A DNA stretch of 63,726 nucleotides, the filler included, from Lenisia limosa (Eukaryota > Protista > Breviatea), in NCBI GenBank assembly GCA_001655205.1. It is 9 parts of 9 records of this genome, joined end to end, with 100 filler letters (N's around TTAATTAATTAA, not from the genome) between each part and the next. Parts side by side here need not be neighbours in the genome. Positions count along the whole stretch, not along the records: positions 29,037 to 40,259 come from LPNZ01010667.1; positions 40,360 to 45,829 come from LPNZ01007673.1; positions 45,930 to 48,057 come from LPNZ01011214.1; positions 48,158 to 50,461 come from LPNZ01009710.1; positions 50,562 to 60,535 come from LPNZ01009840.1; 4 more parts are not named here. One strand, given 5' to 3'. The translations under genes were made by a program, and so were the position numbers. Of this stretch, positions 39,556 to 50,609 are shown one piece after another (the first letter of the stretch is position 1; each line of letters opens with the position of its first letter). The notes under the pieces were generated by a model, which searched no databases, was not told the DNA's origin, and saw nothing but the letters and a program-made list of their open reading frames with translations.

Positions 39556-39828
39556 ATATCACACCGTCCATATATCTGTGAATTTTCCTCTATCTGTGAT
39601 TTTTTTTTTTGAAATTTACGGAAAATTTTGCTAAAAATATGGCATATAACTAAGAGAATTGTNNNNNNNNNNNNNNNNNNNNNNNNNNNNNNNNNNNNNN
39701 NNNNNNNNNNNNNNNNNNNNNNNNNNNNNNNNNNNNNNNNNNNNNNNNNNNNNNNNNNNNNNNNNNNNNNNNNNNNNNNNNNNNNNNNNNNNNNNNNNNN
39801 NNNNNNNNNNATATGGACGGTGTGATAT
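39556..39828. mobile_element. Non-autonomous TIR element with TA flanks (interior partly N)
   Basis: ATATCACACCGTCCATAT at 39556 and its exact reverse complement at 39811. Confidence 0.7.
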
Positions 39829-39889
39829 GTATATAATATGTAAATTGAGGAAAAGATCGATCCTGATTAAAGTTTTCCTTTCACCGTTA

Positions 39890-40200
39890 CCCCGCAGCAC
39901 TACAAAGAACCTCGAGCCTCACGGAAAGGCCAACAGGTCAGGATTGTGAATTATAGAAAATATGTTGCCAATTTCGTGATGAACCTGACAAAATTTACAA
40001 TAAGTACAACCCGTCTTCAATTGTTACACCACAGTAAATAATGATTAATATTTTCTACTTTGATGGTGTACCCCTTTTGTCAGATTCTGTATATTTGCTC
40101 TCGCCTCTCAACACGCTTCTGTGATTATTCAGCAACGTCGCTATAGTACAGTTTCGCAACAAGAGCGGCCGGCTGGTGACTGTGGAATGCTGCAGGTTGG
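39890..40200 (+). CDS. Hypothetical exon fragments, truncated at spacer
   Basis: Exon-like blocks with GT/AG borders (..QFRNKSGRLVTVECCR|gt). Confidence 0.28.
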
Positions 40201-40359
40201 TAAAGAGGAAGGATCTTGGCATTAGTTTATTGTTTCTTTCTTCCCAAAACTACAAAATCNNNNNNNNNNNNNNNNNNNNNNNNNNNNNNNNNNNNNNNNN
40301 NNNTTAATTAATTAANNNNNNNNNNNNNNNNNNNNNNNNNNNNNNNNNNNNNNNNNNNN

Positions 40360-41018
40360 CCCACCAGCATCACATTTCCCAGACCCTGAAAAGGTTCGTG
40401 TTGTTGAGTCAAAGAAGCGCTCGAGCTCTTTCTTTCACATCTTCTCTCTCGTAAGTTGGGATTAAATAATCATTTATGATGGGGGAGTGGAAAGGGAGAC
40501 TATGGTGGCCTTTTTGACCATTGTAGGATATTGAGGAGGAGACTAAGGAAACCGTCATGGAACTTATTCACTTCCTGGCTACTGAGGCTGTCCCCAGGTA
40601 TGTTCTTTCTCTGTCAGGTTTCTGTCTTATACACCAGGTCAATCTACGCCTTCACTGGTGACCTCAAGAGCCCTCTTGATGACGATTTTGATGATGATGA
40701 GGGTGGGGGGGGGGGGGNNNNNNNNNNNNNNNNNNNNNNNNNNNNNNNNNNNNNNNNNNNNNNNNNNNNNNNNNNNNNNNNNNNNNNNNNNNNNAGACGA
40801 GGATGATGATGATGATGAGAACGATGGAGAAGATGATGAAGAGCCCAAGGTAATTGGAGGGAATGCAAAGAAATGGTGTTCTGCCGCTTTTTTTCAACTA
40901 TATTTTGTCTGGAAATGGTTTTGTTTTTCTTCACTCCATTTCGGGTTCTGTTCCACCCATTCTCATCCCACCCCCCAAGGCCGGCAGCGAAGAGAAGCCT
41001 GAATGCAAACAACAGTAA
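40360..41018 (+). CDS. NAP1: Nucleosome assembly protein 1, C-terminal part
   Basis: KRSSSFFHIFS|DIEEETKETVMELIHFLATEAVPR|SIYAFTGD, acidic tail, terminal KPECKQQ* (the conserved NAP1 CaaX end). Confidence 0.87.
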
Positions 41019-41029
41019 TCCCTTCTCCA

Positions 41030-43850
41030 CTCTTTTTTTTTGTAACGAGGTTTGGCCCTCATCAGGTTTTTCATGTTTCTTCTTATAGATGTTGTATTCG
41101 ATCATTCGGTCTTTTACAATCCACCTCAATTACGTTGCTTGCATATGTGATCAACGATTTATGATTCTTTTCTTTAAATCATATTACAGCTTCCACCCCT
41201 TGAGAGTTTTCGTAAAAATGCCATTTCATAGTATTTTTGAAAATAATATGATACCTTTATAGTGAATTGATGGAAAAGAACAGCCACGTATCAGTAAAAG
41301 TAGATCAGAAATACATTACCTCCAGAATTACAATGAACTACTAAGCTGAAGGTCTATTCAGAAACAAATCTCCAATAAATATGGGTGCTGGGACGTTTTC
41401 GCATTCAATAGCCAATGATGGCAACCTGATGGTTCCTCGCTCAATATGCCCTATGATGAGGGTCTGAATGGAGTCGGCGAGATTGGAGGTGACAGGATGC
41501 TGGGGCTTGCAGAGGAGGAGAAGGAGTTACGGCGGGAGCGGTTGTGGGGTGAGGGGAGGTTCTAATATTGTCACATCAGTGTTGGTGTGAAGGATTTGAA
41601 AAAGATGATGGTAGGGTATTTGGGGCTTGAAGGACTAGCCAAGGCGGAGACTAGCTGCAATTACGAAGGAGTCAGGGGTTACTATGACACGAAGAGAGGA
41701 TTCCAGCCCACAATAATAACGGGGGAAGGGCTGGGTGAGACCATAACAACGACGGACTCTGTAGGGTCCTCAAAAGCAAGTGTGAGCTCAGATGTGGCAC
41801 TGTCTAGCGTGCATCTTCCATCGCCGTAGTAGTCCTGAGGTATGAAAATATTTTTGGTATATTACCATATTTTGTTTTTTATTGGATTACAAATGTTCAA
41901 GTTATTTTTTACGCTATTGGAAAAATACACCCGTAAGTTCAATAGCGTACCTGCATTTGGTGCAGTCTCGACGAGTTCTGTGAAGAGACCCATGCAAGAA
42001 TTTTCGAACATATCACCATTATCCCAAGGATAAGCCCAAACTACATTGTGAGTAATTCGGCTGATCGAATGTTGAGTGAATATTGAATTGTTATGTTGTC
42101 ATACCCACTTACGAAAATGGCAAAAATCAACAAGGCTAAGAAAACATGCATAACTGCCAAGTTCACCTGAATAATTAATTATCTTACTTTGAAAATGTAA
42201 TACCGCTCATTCAAAGACAATTCCCACCTGTCTGTAGACATCGATTTTGATAAGGAAAACATCAGTGGATATTGTTTCCGGCTACGAGTGTAAAGTTGAG
42301 AAAAGCGGAGGGTGTAGAAATAAGTCCTATTTTTGAAGTCAGTACTGCCTACTGTTGCTGGCGTTCGGTTGATGACACCTAATCTGTAATCATTAAGTGA
42401 ATTATCCATTCTATTTGATAAAGTCATAATTCAAAAATTTGAAGAAATGGTCATAAATTCTAAAATTTGAAGAAATAGCCATAAATTCGAACATTTGAAT
42501 GGACCCCTTCCCAACATGAGTGTACTCGGTGCAGTGCTTGGGGGTCGGAAATCAATAACTATTGGCTCTGTAGCATTGTAGAGTTCAAACCTAAGGGCTG
42601 TCAGTTCCTTGAAATCAGATTACGCCAAAATAATGATAAGATTTTTGTCTTCGTACAGGTAACCCAAAGAAAACGACTTACAGTTTCAGAAAAGGGGTGT
42701 TCCTGTCATGCTCCAGGTTGTCAGTTACTATGGTCCGACCAACCATGTCAGTAATTATTACGTCAAATACTTGGCTAGAAACTAGAGTATTCATAAGAAG
42801 GGAACCTAACGACAGATGAAGATCTTTGAAAATGATGGAAGAAGTTACACCACTAATACTCTTGATATTCCTTTTAACTAATGTGAAGCCGAAAGTGAAC
42901 AAACTGCGTCACCTTACCAGTAGGACTAATTTGGGCATGAAGCAGTAGAATGTCTTGGTTCCATCTTGAAAATGAAAAGCTATGAAAAACGTGCTTCCAA
43001 GGAAAGCAAGGAAATATATTTCACCAATAGATAGGTAAAGAAAGCAGAGCTTACATGCTACTGGCTGTGTACGTCCACAGAGACTCATCTGTTGAATGTG
43101 AGACGTAAATGGTAATTATTATGTTAAGCTAAACACTGTCAATGTTGTTATCAGCAAAAAATACAAGCAACTCACATGATATCATGACTTTTCTGTTGAA
43201 GTCATACGTGGGAGTAAACGTCAACCCTCCCCTGAAGCACCCCAGAAGCAGTCTAGATAATCAGCTGAAATATGTACATATACTGTCATTTTGGCACATA
43301 ACGGAGGTTTTGTAAATTGATTCTACGAGGAATAGATTCATATTGAACCCCACTATTAACAGTTTAAGAATCAGCTTACATAATGAGAAGGAAGAGGTTG
43401 ATCATCGTTAACTCAGTCACATGAAAGTTGAAAAGATTGAAATAATACAATGCTTTTGAAGAGGAAATTTCAAATTTGATAATATCACTAAAACTAATAT
43501 ACACTATATAACACTTAGAGAGTAAGATCATGTGGGTGGAAGCAAATTGCCCCTCAAATGGATGTACTTTCCTTTTTTGGAAGGTAAACGATGGAATAGT
43601 TCGGACTCCTGTAACAACTTCCATTACTGAATATCATGAAATATCACACAGCTCAAACGATTAAATATATGCATAAACTCTCCTGAATTACACCGCCACT
43701 TTTTTTATGGATATGACGAATACTGCAAGTCAATCAAAATCCAGTCAATTAAAAATTACGATATTACATTCATTTTTAGGATATATGGTGTGTGTTTTTT
43801 TATTTGATCGAGTATTTTCATTTTGGACGGACGGCAGGGCTTGCAAAGCC
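41030..43850 (-). CDS. Hypothetical multi-exon protein, probably a surface or secreted glycoprotein with Ser/Pro/Thr-rich stalk
   Basis: Many minus-strand exons (DGTKTFYCFMPK; ELTALRFELYNATEPIVIDFRP; YPWDNGDMFENSCMGLF; DYYGDGRCTLDSAT..VSPSPSP). Ends approximate. Confidence 0.5.
42423..42503. repeat. ~28-bp tandem repeat, 3 copies
   Basis: TCATAA(A)TTC.AAA(A)TTTGAAGAAAT repeated. Confidence 0.8.
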
Positions 43851-44174
43851 TGTTGTTAAACTGGTTTGCTTTCTTCTAATGTTACACCTGAGAATACATT
43901 TGACGGGGGGGGGGGGNNNNNNNNNNNNNNNNNNNNNNNNNNNNNNNNNNNNNNNNNNNNNNNNNNNNTTCTATTTCTTTCCTCAGTTTTTTCAGATAAA
44001 TATCTGATTGTGCTAGGATAAATAAACATGTTTACCCCTGGCCTGTTGGATGATACCAATATGTTTTTTTTTGTAAACCAATCGGATTCAACTCAAAAGT
44101 GGGGAGTTGGTTGTCAGAATATTATTGCGATTCTGTGATTCTGACCCCCCCCCCCCCNNNNNNNNNNAGCTGAA

Positions 44175-45548
44175 ATGCTCTGGGCCGTAACTGCGTTTCT
44201 ATCGCTTTTCACACTGTGCATATCCGCCAAGGTTATTCATGACTACCCGCCTGAGCTTTGTGCTAGGTCACTCAGCCCATACCCAGAACTGCCCTCCCAT
44301 CTTGAGGTTGGGGAATGGGGCTTATCGTGTGCGATTCATGGGTTGTACTTTCCCAAAAAAAGCCGTCAAAACGTCAAAGTTATATTTGCTGTTTCCATTG
44401 CATAGATTCCGCTATTCCAATTTTGTATACTAATATCGTCATAAATATTGAGTCCGGTCAGATTCTTCTTTAGCTTGACAAAGTACATCTTTTTTATAGT
44501 TCTCTCCACCTTATACAATAAGCTGTCTCTTTCTGAATTCTCTACTCATCAAGTTTGTCTTTCTATCTCCAAAGGAGACTTAATTTTTCGAAAGTATCCT
44601 ATTGTTTCAAAACATGGAAAAGACGTAGCCTAACGACACGTAGGTTGTAAGCGTATCGGCCATATTTCGGCATGGTGACCGCTTCCAAGGGTCGTACCAG
44701 AGGTGCTGGGACAATGATGAAGCTGTGTAGGCTGAGAGAGCGAAAGTGATTTATTTGTACAAATACAGTGGACCCGTTCACACCACAACCAAAGAGCTTT
44801 GTTATCAAATCAGTATTTTTATGAACCTTTCGGAATTGTTTCTTGCTATTGACAGACTTTAGATTTGAATGTCCACAGTCTCAGCTATCAGTGCCTTCAA
44901 CCACTTACGATGCCAATAATGGGGCTTTCAAGCTGCTATACAGGTTGGTGATTGTGCTTAATCGAACTGCATAATGCTTTATTCTTATAAAATGCAATTT
45001 ATTGGAAAATTCCTATTGAAACATCTTTATCTTATTATTCAGAGAGGCTCCGAGGACCCCCGAGTATTTTGAGGGAAATTGTCAGCTGACCGAACTCACC
45101 AAAAGAGGGTATTATGGGTTAGATATGAGGTACATCGCTATGTACATCTTTTTTCCTTGCTTTGTCTCATCTCAACATATCATATATAATACTCCTTTCT
45201 TTTAAATAGCAACGCTTTTGAAAAAAGCATACTCTCTTCATCTCTCTTCTTGTGGGTTCACTTTAACTCGAAAAACCTGCATAGCACACGTTTTGTATCC
45301 TTGAATTGCTGTATGTTTCTTAACAGTTCTCCATTAGAGTTGAGCAGCAAACCACCAATGGAGCGTATATGAGAAAAGCCTACCCACACCTTCTCAATGC
45401 TAAGAATCCACAGTCGACAGTTGGCTATGGGCCCGATTTAATTGCTTTGATTAAAATTAAAAACACTTTTTCTTATTATTTAGCTTCATTTGCGTTCTAC
45501 CAAACAGGCTAGAACTATCGCTTCGGCATCTGCCTTGGTAGAAGGACT
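44175..45548 (+). CDS. Secreted histidine acid phosphatase (branch 2); 3' truncated
   Basis: Signal MLWAVTAFLSLFTLCISA; VVSVSAIFRHGDR; GNCQLTELTKRG; NGAYMRKAYP; LHLRSTKQARTIASASALVEGL. Confidence 0.87.
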
Positions 45549-45929
45549 GGTATGCTAGTCGCATTTAGTGACCAAATAGTATTCATAATGATCAGTCCAA
45601 GACTAAGATGAAGTTTTGTACATATTATACAGTTTATATACTGTATACATATATGAATATGTAAATTATATATTAAATGGTATATATATCAAATATATAC
45701 ATATTTATGATGTACATGTATATATATACATGTATATATATAGTATATTGATTATGTACATAATATGTAATATAGGTGGGGGGACATGACCGTGTCCAGG
45801 GACATGACCGTGTCCACTTTTTTTTATTTNNNNNNNNNNNNNNNNNNNNNNNNNNNNNNNNNNNNNNNNNNNNTTAATTAATTAANNNNNNNNNNNNNNN
45901 NNNNNNNNNNNNNNNNNNNNNNNNNNNNN

Positions 45930-46105
45930 GGTGAGGATAATGATGATGGTGATAATGATGATGATGATGCCGATGATGGTGATAGTGATTATGGTGATGA
46001 TGATGGTGTTGGTGAGGATAATGATGATGGTGATAATGATGATGATGATGCCGATGATGGTGTTGATGATGATGGTGATAATGATGGGTGGTGATGATGA
46101 TGGTG
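45930..46105. repeat. (GAT/GGT)n microsatellite with an internal ~81-bp-period duplication
   Basis: GTGAGGATAATGATGATGGTGATAATGATGATGATGATGCCGATGATGGTG at 45931 and 46012. Confidence 0.9.
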
Positions 46106-46147
46106 ACATAGCAGATTTTATTAAATAAAAAAAAGCATATTATTCTT

Positions 46148-47948
46148 TCTCTCAGAAAATCACATTCAAGGGTGGTGAAAACTCGGACTACTTTGAGAGG
46201 CTTTCGTCAGCTGGAGGCTTCACGCGATCCATTGCCGGTTCCGTGTCTTCATTTACATCTGGTGGGGNNNNNNNNNNNNNNNNNNNNNNNNNNNNNNNNN
46301 NNNNNNNNNNNNNNNNNNNNNNNNNNNNNNNNNNNNNNNNNNNNNNNNNNNNNNNNNNNNNNNNNNNNNNNNNNNNNNNNNNNNNNNNNNNNNNNNNNNN
46401 NNNNNNNACCAGTACCCCGGAAACTGAGGAAGACGCCCAAAGTACCTTGTCACCTAGAACGGGAGCTGAGAGTTCACTACCTCATCATCATGACGGTAAG
46501 GGGGGTGTTTCCTTAGGGTATATTATCTATCACAAATGATGATGTTATATCATATGCTATCCTGTATGAAAGAAGGGGGGATGCACTTTCTTTTTATTAA
46601 GGTCCCGTCATATAGTAGTTAGCATTACCAGTTACTATTAATAGCTATAATGCTTTGATATTATTTGGACGGGACCTTCGTATTCTGGGGAGGCACAGAA
46701 ATGTTAGGCAAATGATTGGGTGAATTAATAATATACTGTCCAATATCTCTTACAGACGTGATGTTGTGGACGGCTTCGGCCAGGTGCAACCTTCTTTTTT
46801 TTTATTTCTCATTGATATAATGAAAATGAAGCAAATGCAAAGAAAAATCACCAAACTTACAGTGGAAATGGTCAACGACACTTCTTATGACCCTTCAGAA
46901 ATCGAGGAGGATTTGACAGAGGCCGAACTCAATGAAACGGTCTACTTCTGTCTCAACGAAACCGGTTCGANNNNNNNNNNNNNNNNNNNNNNNNNNNNNN
47001 NNNNNNNNNNNNNNNNNNNNNNNNNNNNNNNNNNNNNNNNNNNNNNNNNNNNNNNNNNNNNNNNNNNNNNNNNNNNNNNNNNNNNNNNNNNNNNTATCTT
47101 ACCTTCTCAGATACGGAAGTTCTTTTTGACATTGAGGGGACCTGTGTGCATGTTGACGATCCTGAAGCCCCAGAAGTGATAGCAAGAAACAAGAAGAAAG
47201 AATTGGTGAGTGCTCGGCACTTCTCATCGGAGTTGAATATATATTACTGTGGTTGTGTTTTTTTTCAAAAAAAGAAACAGAACACTTTGTACCACCCTGA
47301 AGTGATGGGATGCGGTGTTGCAGAAGCGACTGGTCTGGGCTTTGTCTGTTGTTATCAACCCTTGTGTGTTGTCAACCAACAGAGTTGATTGAGGCTTTTT
47401 TGTTTCATAAATTTTCCAGTTTACCCATCCGTACATTCATTTTGTTCTCACTGTAACCCTCTCAGTACCAACAAAGTGCCTCGAAAGCCGACAACTGCTT
47501 CGAACGGTCAATGCAAACAATTAACCTTGCCCCAAAGAACAAGGACAGCCAGGTGGGTGTTTTCTGGAGGCTGAGTAAAGAAGTTATGATTAGGGATTCC
47601 CAACTGTCCGAAAAAGACCGTTAAAATATCGATATTAATCGAAGATATATCGAGAAATGCAGTCTTTTTTGGAACCGAAGAGAAGCCTTAGTTATGATGA
47701 TCTATGGTTATGATGGCTGCAGAACTAAGGATTATGATGAACAAAGGGGTGCGCCCACCCCCCTTGTTTGTTTTGTTTTTACCCCCATGTGTTGCAGGCA
47801 AACAGAGATTTTGGCCGTTTTTTGTGTCTGATGTTTTCCATTTACCCCCCCTCCCCACAGGCTGCAGCACCACGTAAAGCAGAAGTCGGGTCCCAGGCGT
47901 GTGGATGGTCTATTTACGATGAGCTAAACTCAACCGAAGTCGAAGAGT
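46148..47948 (+). CDS. DNAI4: Axonemal inner-arm dynein intermediate chain, WDR78/IC138-like, internal fragment
   Basis: EEDLTEAELNETVYFCLNET|DTEVLFDIEGTCVHVDDPEAPEVIARNK..CFERSMQTINLAQKNKDSQ..WSIYDEL parallels WDR78 (..TETETFWLFD..VERMMQTFNGAPKNKDVQ..AWDLYD). Confidence 0.8.
46681..46820 (+). repeat. Repeat family B, in DNAI4 intron
   Basis: CTGGGGAGGCACAG..GGCAAATGATTGGGTGAATT..GGCTTCGGCC..TTTCTCATTG. Confidence 0.88.
47591..47690. mobile_element. MITE-A copy (100 bp), perfect 8-bp TSD GTTATGAT
   Basis: TSD at 47583-47590 and 47691-47698. Confidence 0.9.
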
Positions 47949-48157
47949 GGGCAGCCTGTCTAATTAGGCAGCTAGGCACTTTCCATATGAGGGAATTACA
48001 ACTTAACACTTACCATATTAGGGAAGTCGACGAAATAGTTCCGGTAGACGAGGCCAANNNNNNNNNNNNNNNNNNNNNNNNNNNNNNNNNNNNNNNNNNN
48101 NTTAATTAATTAANNNNNNNNNNNNNNNNNNNNNNNNNNNNNNNNNNNNNNNNNNNN

Positions 48158-49556
48158 CCCCGCCGGCGTGATACCGCTCCAAGGCTTCGGAATTCATCAT
48201 CTCACCTCTCCGGCACGGGTGAGCGGGATTTTATGGTTTTAGTTCTAGAAAATTGTTACGGATATCCGAACAAAATGTTTCGGTGGCATCATTCATTTTC
48301 CATGCAGTGATATGATGATACCTCATATCCACTCGTATGAATATTGGTCGACAAGTCTCAATGATACTCTGATACACTCGGGATGAACCCTCGTTTATCT
48401 TCGGTCATATGATCATATCACCTGTGGATATGGGTTAACATATTATATCATAGTAGTATATCATGCATTAAGTAGTACATAACCGACATGGTAGTTCTTG
48501 ACCAATTTAATTTGATTTCCACACTTAATAGGAATTTCATTCCACTAAATATCCAATTTAACTCACCCCTAGGCTGATCGGATCTATCTGATCTGTCGGA
48601 CGCGGACCTACCACTTGCGGCTGCCTGAAGGGGTGGCAACTGCGGACCGGCTTTCGGGGGAGGATTCAAGACAGGTGCGGGGGAGGGGGAGNNNNNNNNN
48701 NNNNNNNNNNNNNNNNNNNNNNNNNNNNNNNNNNNNNNNNNNNNNNNNNNNNNNNNNNNNNNNNNNNNNNNNNNNNNNNNNNNNNNNNNNNNNNNNNNNN
48801 NNNNNNNNNNNNNNNNNNNNNNNNNNNNNNNNNNNNNNNNNNNNNNNNNNNNNNNNNNNNNNNNNNCCTTCCAATATTCAATGTAACCAATTATATAGAT
48901 AAGTGGACCCCTTAACTAGTTCAATTATTGACCTTTTAGCCATGGGTTTGCCAACTGCTCTGCCTGGCTTCCACCGGCAACGACGACCAAGATACGGGTA
49001 TGTTGCCTCTAAAATTGGTTGTAATTGGGGCTCCGTAATTAGCTGAAAAATAGTTTTCAGAATTTGACGTGTGACGTATTGTAACGAGAACCCTATTCCA
49101 GACACTTTATTTTCTAATTTTGTTAATTAATTTCCTCAAACAAATAATACAGGGCGCCTTTAATGCTGGAAGGGCTCTTAATATTCGCGATCAGTATTGA
49201 TATTAAAATAACAGAGACTCGTAGGTTGTCCCTAATCATTACATATTGATATGATATTACAACATAGGTTGCCCCAAATACTCGAGGCTCTCTATATGCG
49301 GGTCGCGGTATTGTCACGGTATTAGCATATAATAGACATGTGTAGGAAGGCCTCTTAATCAGTAAATCCATTTTCCTTTGCCCCTGAACCAACAGAGTTG
49401 ATTTGGACTTTTTTTGTCATAAATGTTCCAATTTTCCAATTTTACCCCCCCCCCCCAGATTCAGCCAAACTCTGCCTCAACGATGATCAGAAGCTACGAT
49501 TAGTGTCATTGCGCGCTCGTTGCGCTCAAGAGAAGAGAATGGCTGCGTTTGACTAA
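48158..49556 (+). CDS. Hypothetical protein, 5' truncated
   Basis: Exons ADRIYLICRTRTYHLRLPEGWQLRTGF; DSAKLCLNDDQKLRLVSLRARCAQEKRMAAFD*. Confidence 0.45.
48320..48435. mobile_element. MITE-C with CATATCCAC..GTGGATATG termini
   Basis: Inverted termini; related segments at ~22315-22420 (GTCTCAATGATACTCTG..GTGGATATGGGT) and ~27378-27480. Confidence 0.62.
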
Positions 49557-49619
49557 ATACTAATTGTATGGGGAGGGGGTTGGATTTTTTCTTCTTTGGG
49601 GATTATTGTTTCTTTTTTT

Positions 49620-50420
49620 TTATGGTGATGTATACAACTTCTGATATTCTGATCTTGCGATCTTCTGGTCTTTTTCCTCTGGTGGTCGGTTTTTGATCCA
49701 GTATTGCAGACACATTGCTTTTTTTTTTTGCAATAAAGCCTCTAACTAGGACCATGATCCGGGTTGAACTGAACACAAGAAAAACATCCACAGAAAACGG
49801 ACAGAAATAGGAGGACTTCACAACTATTTCGTCTCCCGTGCTATTTTTTGGGCTTTTACTACGATTGGAGATTACACGTTTATTACTTGCACCAAGCCCA
49901 ATTATTAGTCAGGGGTATCTGGCCGAAGCCGCGTCTACCATCACGCTTAGAAAAGATATTGAATTTTAGCATAATAAGTAATTCTCCATTATTTGCCTTA
50001 CAACTCTACACACAGCTTTCTGCAAGCTTCCCCAACACATCTTGCATTAAAACCTAAACATTGTACAGGAAAAGAGTAACCATGATTAAACCACCAATTG
50101 TTCGGATCAGCGGGGGGATGGTGGGGTCAAACTAAAGAAGTCAGTGCAGCTGACTCTTCGACCCAAAAGAACCATAAAAAAATACGCAGGTATCACTTTG
50201 GTCTGAAAAGGAAGCAGAATTTATCATCATTTATCATTTGTTTTTAAAGGACCGATTGGAATGTTGGAACCGAAATGCGACATCTATAATTCAAGAAAAG
50301 GCGTTAAACGAGGCTAATTGAACAAAATTGGGTGATTTACGGTGGAAAGTCTTAGAATTTTTTCGATGGGCCAACCCTCAGCGGCTAAGAACCCCGAAGT
50401 TAAATGTACCCTGCCCATTT
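49620..50420 (-). CDS. Hypothetical protein, 5' truncated
   Basis: Exons AEGWPIEKILRLST; FDPTIPPLIRTIG; QYWIKNRPPEEKDQKIARSEYQKLYTSP*. Confidence 0.42.
49916..50036 (-). repeat. Repeat family B, intronic
   Basis: GGCCGAAGCC..CCATCACGCTTA..ATTTGCCTTACAACTCT..CAGCTTTCTGC on the plus strand. Confidence 0.85.
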
Positions 50421-50609
50421 CCCCCGTATTATTATTGTCCTCCCTTTTCCTCCCCCCCCCCNNNNNNNNNNNNNNNNNNNNNNNNNNNNNNNNNNNNNNN
50501 NNNNNTTAATTAATTAANNNNNNNNNNNNNNNNNNNNNNNNNNNNNNNNNNNNNNNNNNNNAGAATTCGGGAAGGATAGTGTTTGCTTACTATAGTACTT
50601 GAGCTTCAA

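Noticed and set aside
45882-46128. Met/Ile/His/Asp-rich ORFs
   Set aside because: Translations of a (GAT)n microsatellite; similar ATG/GAT runs occur in other introns (e.g. ~14090, ~28360, ~47695).
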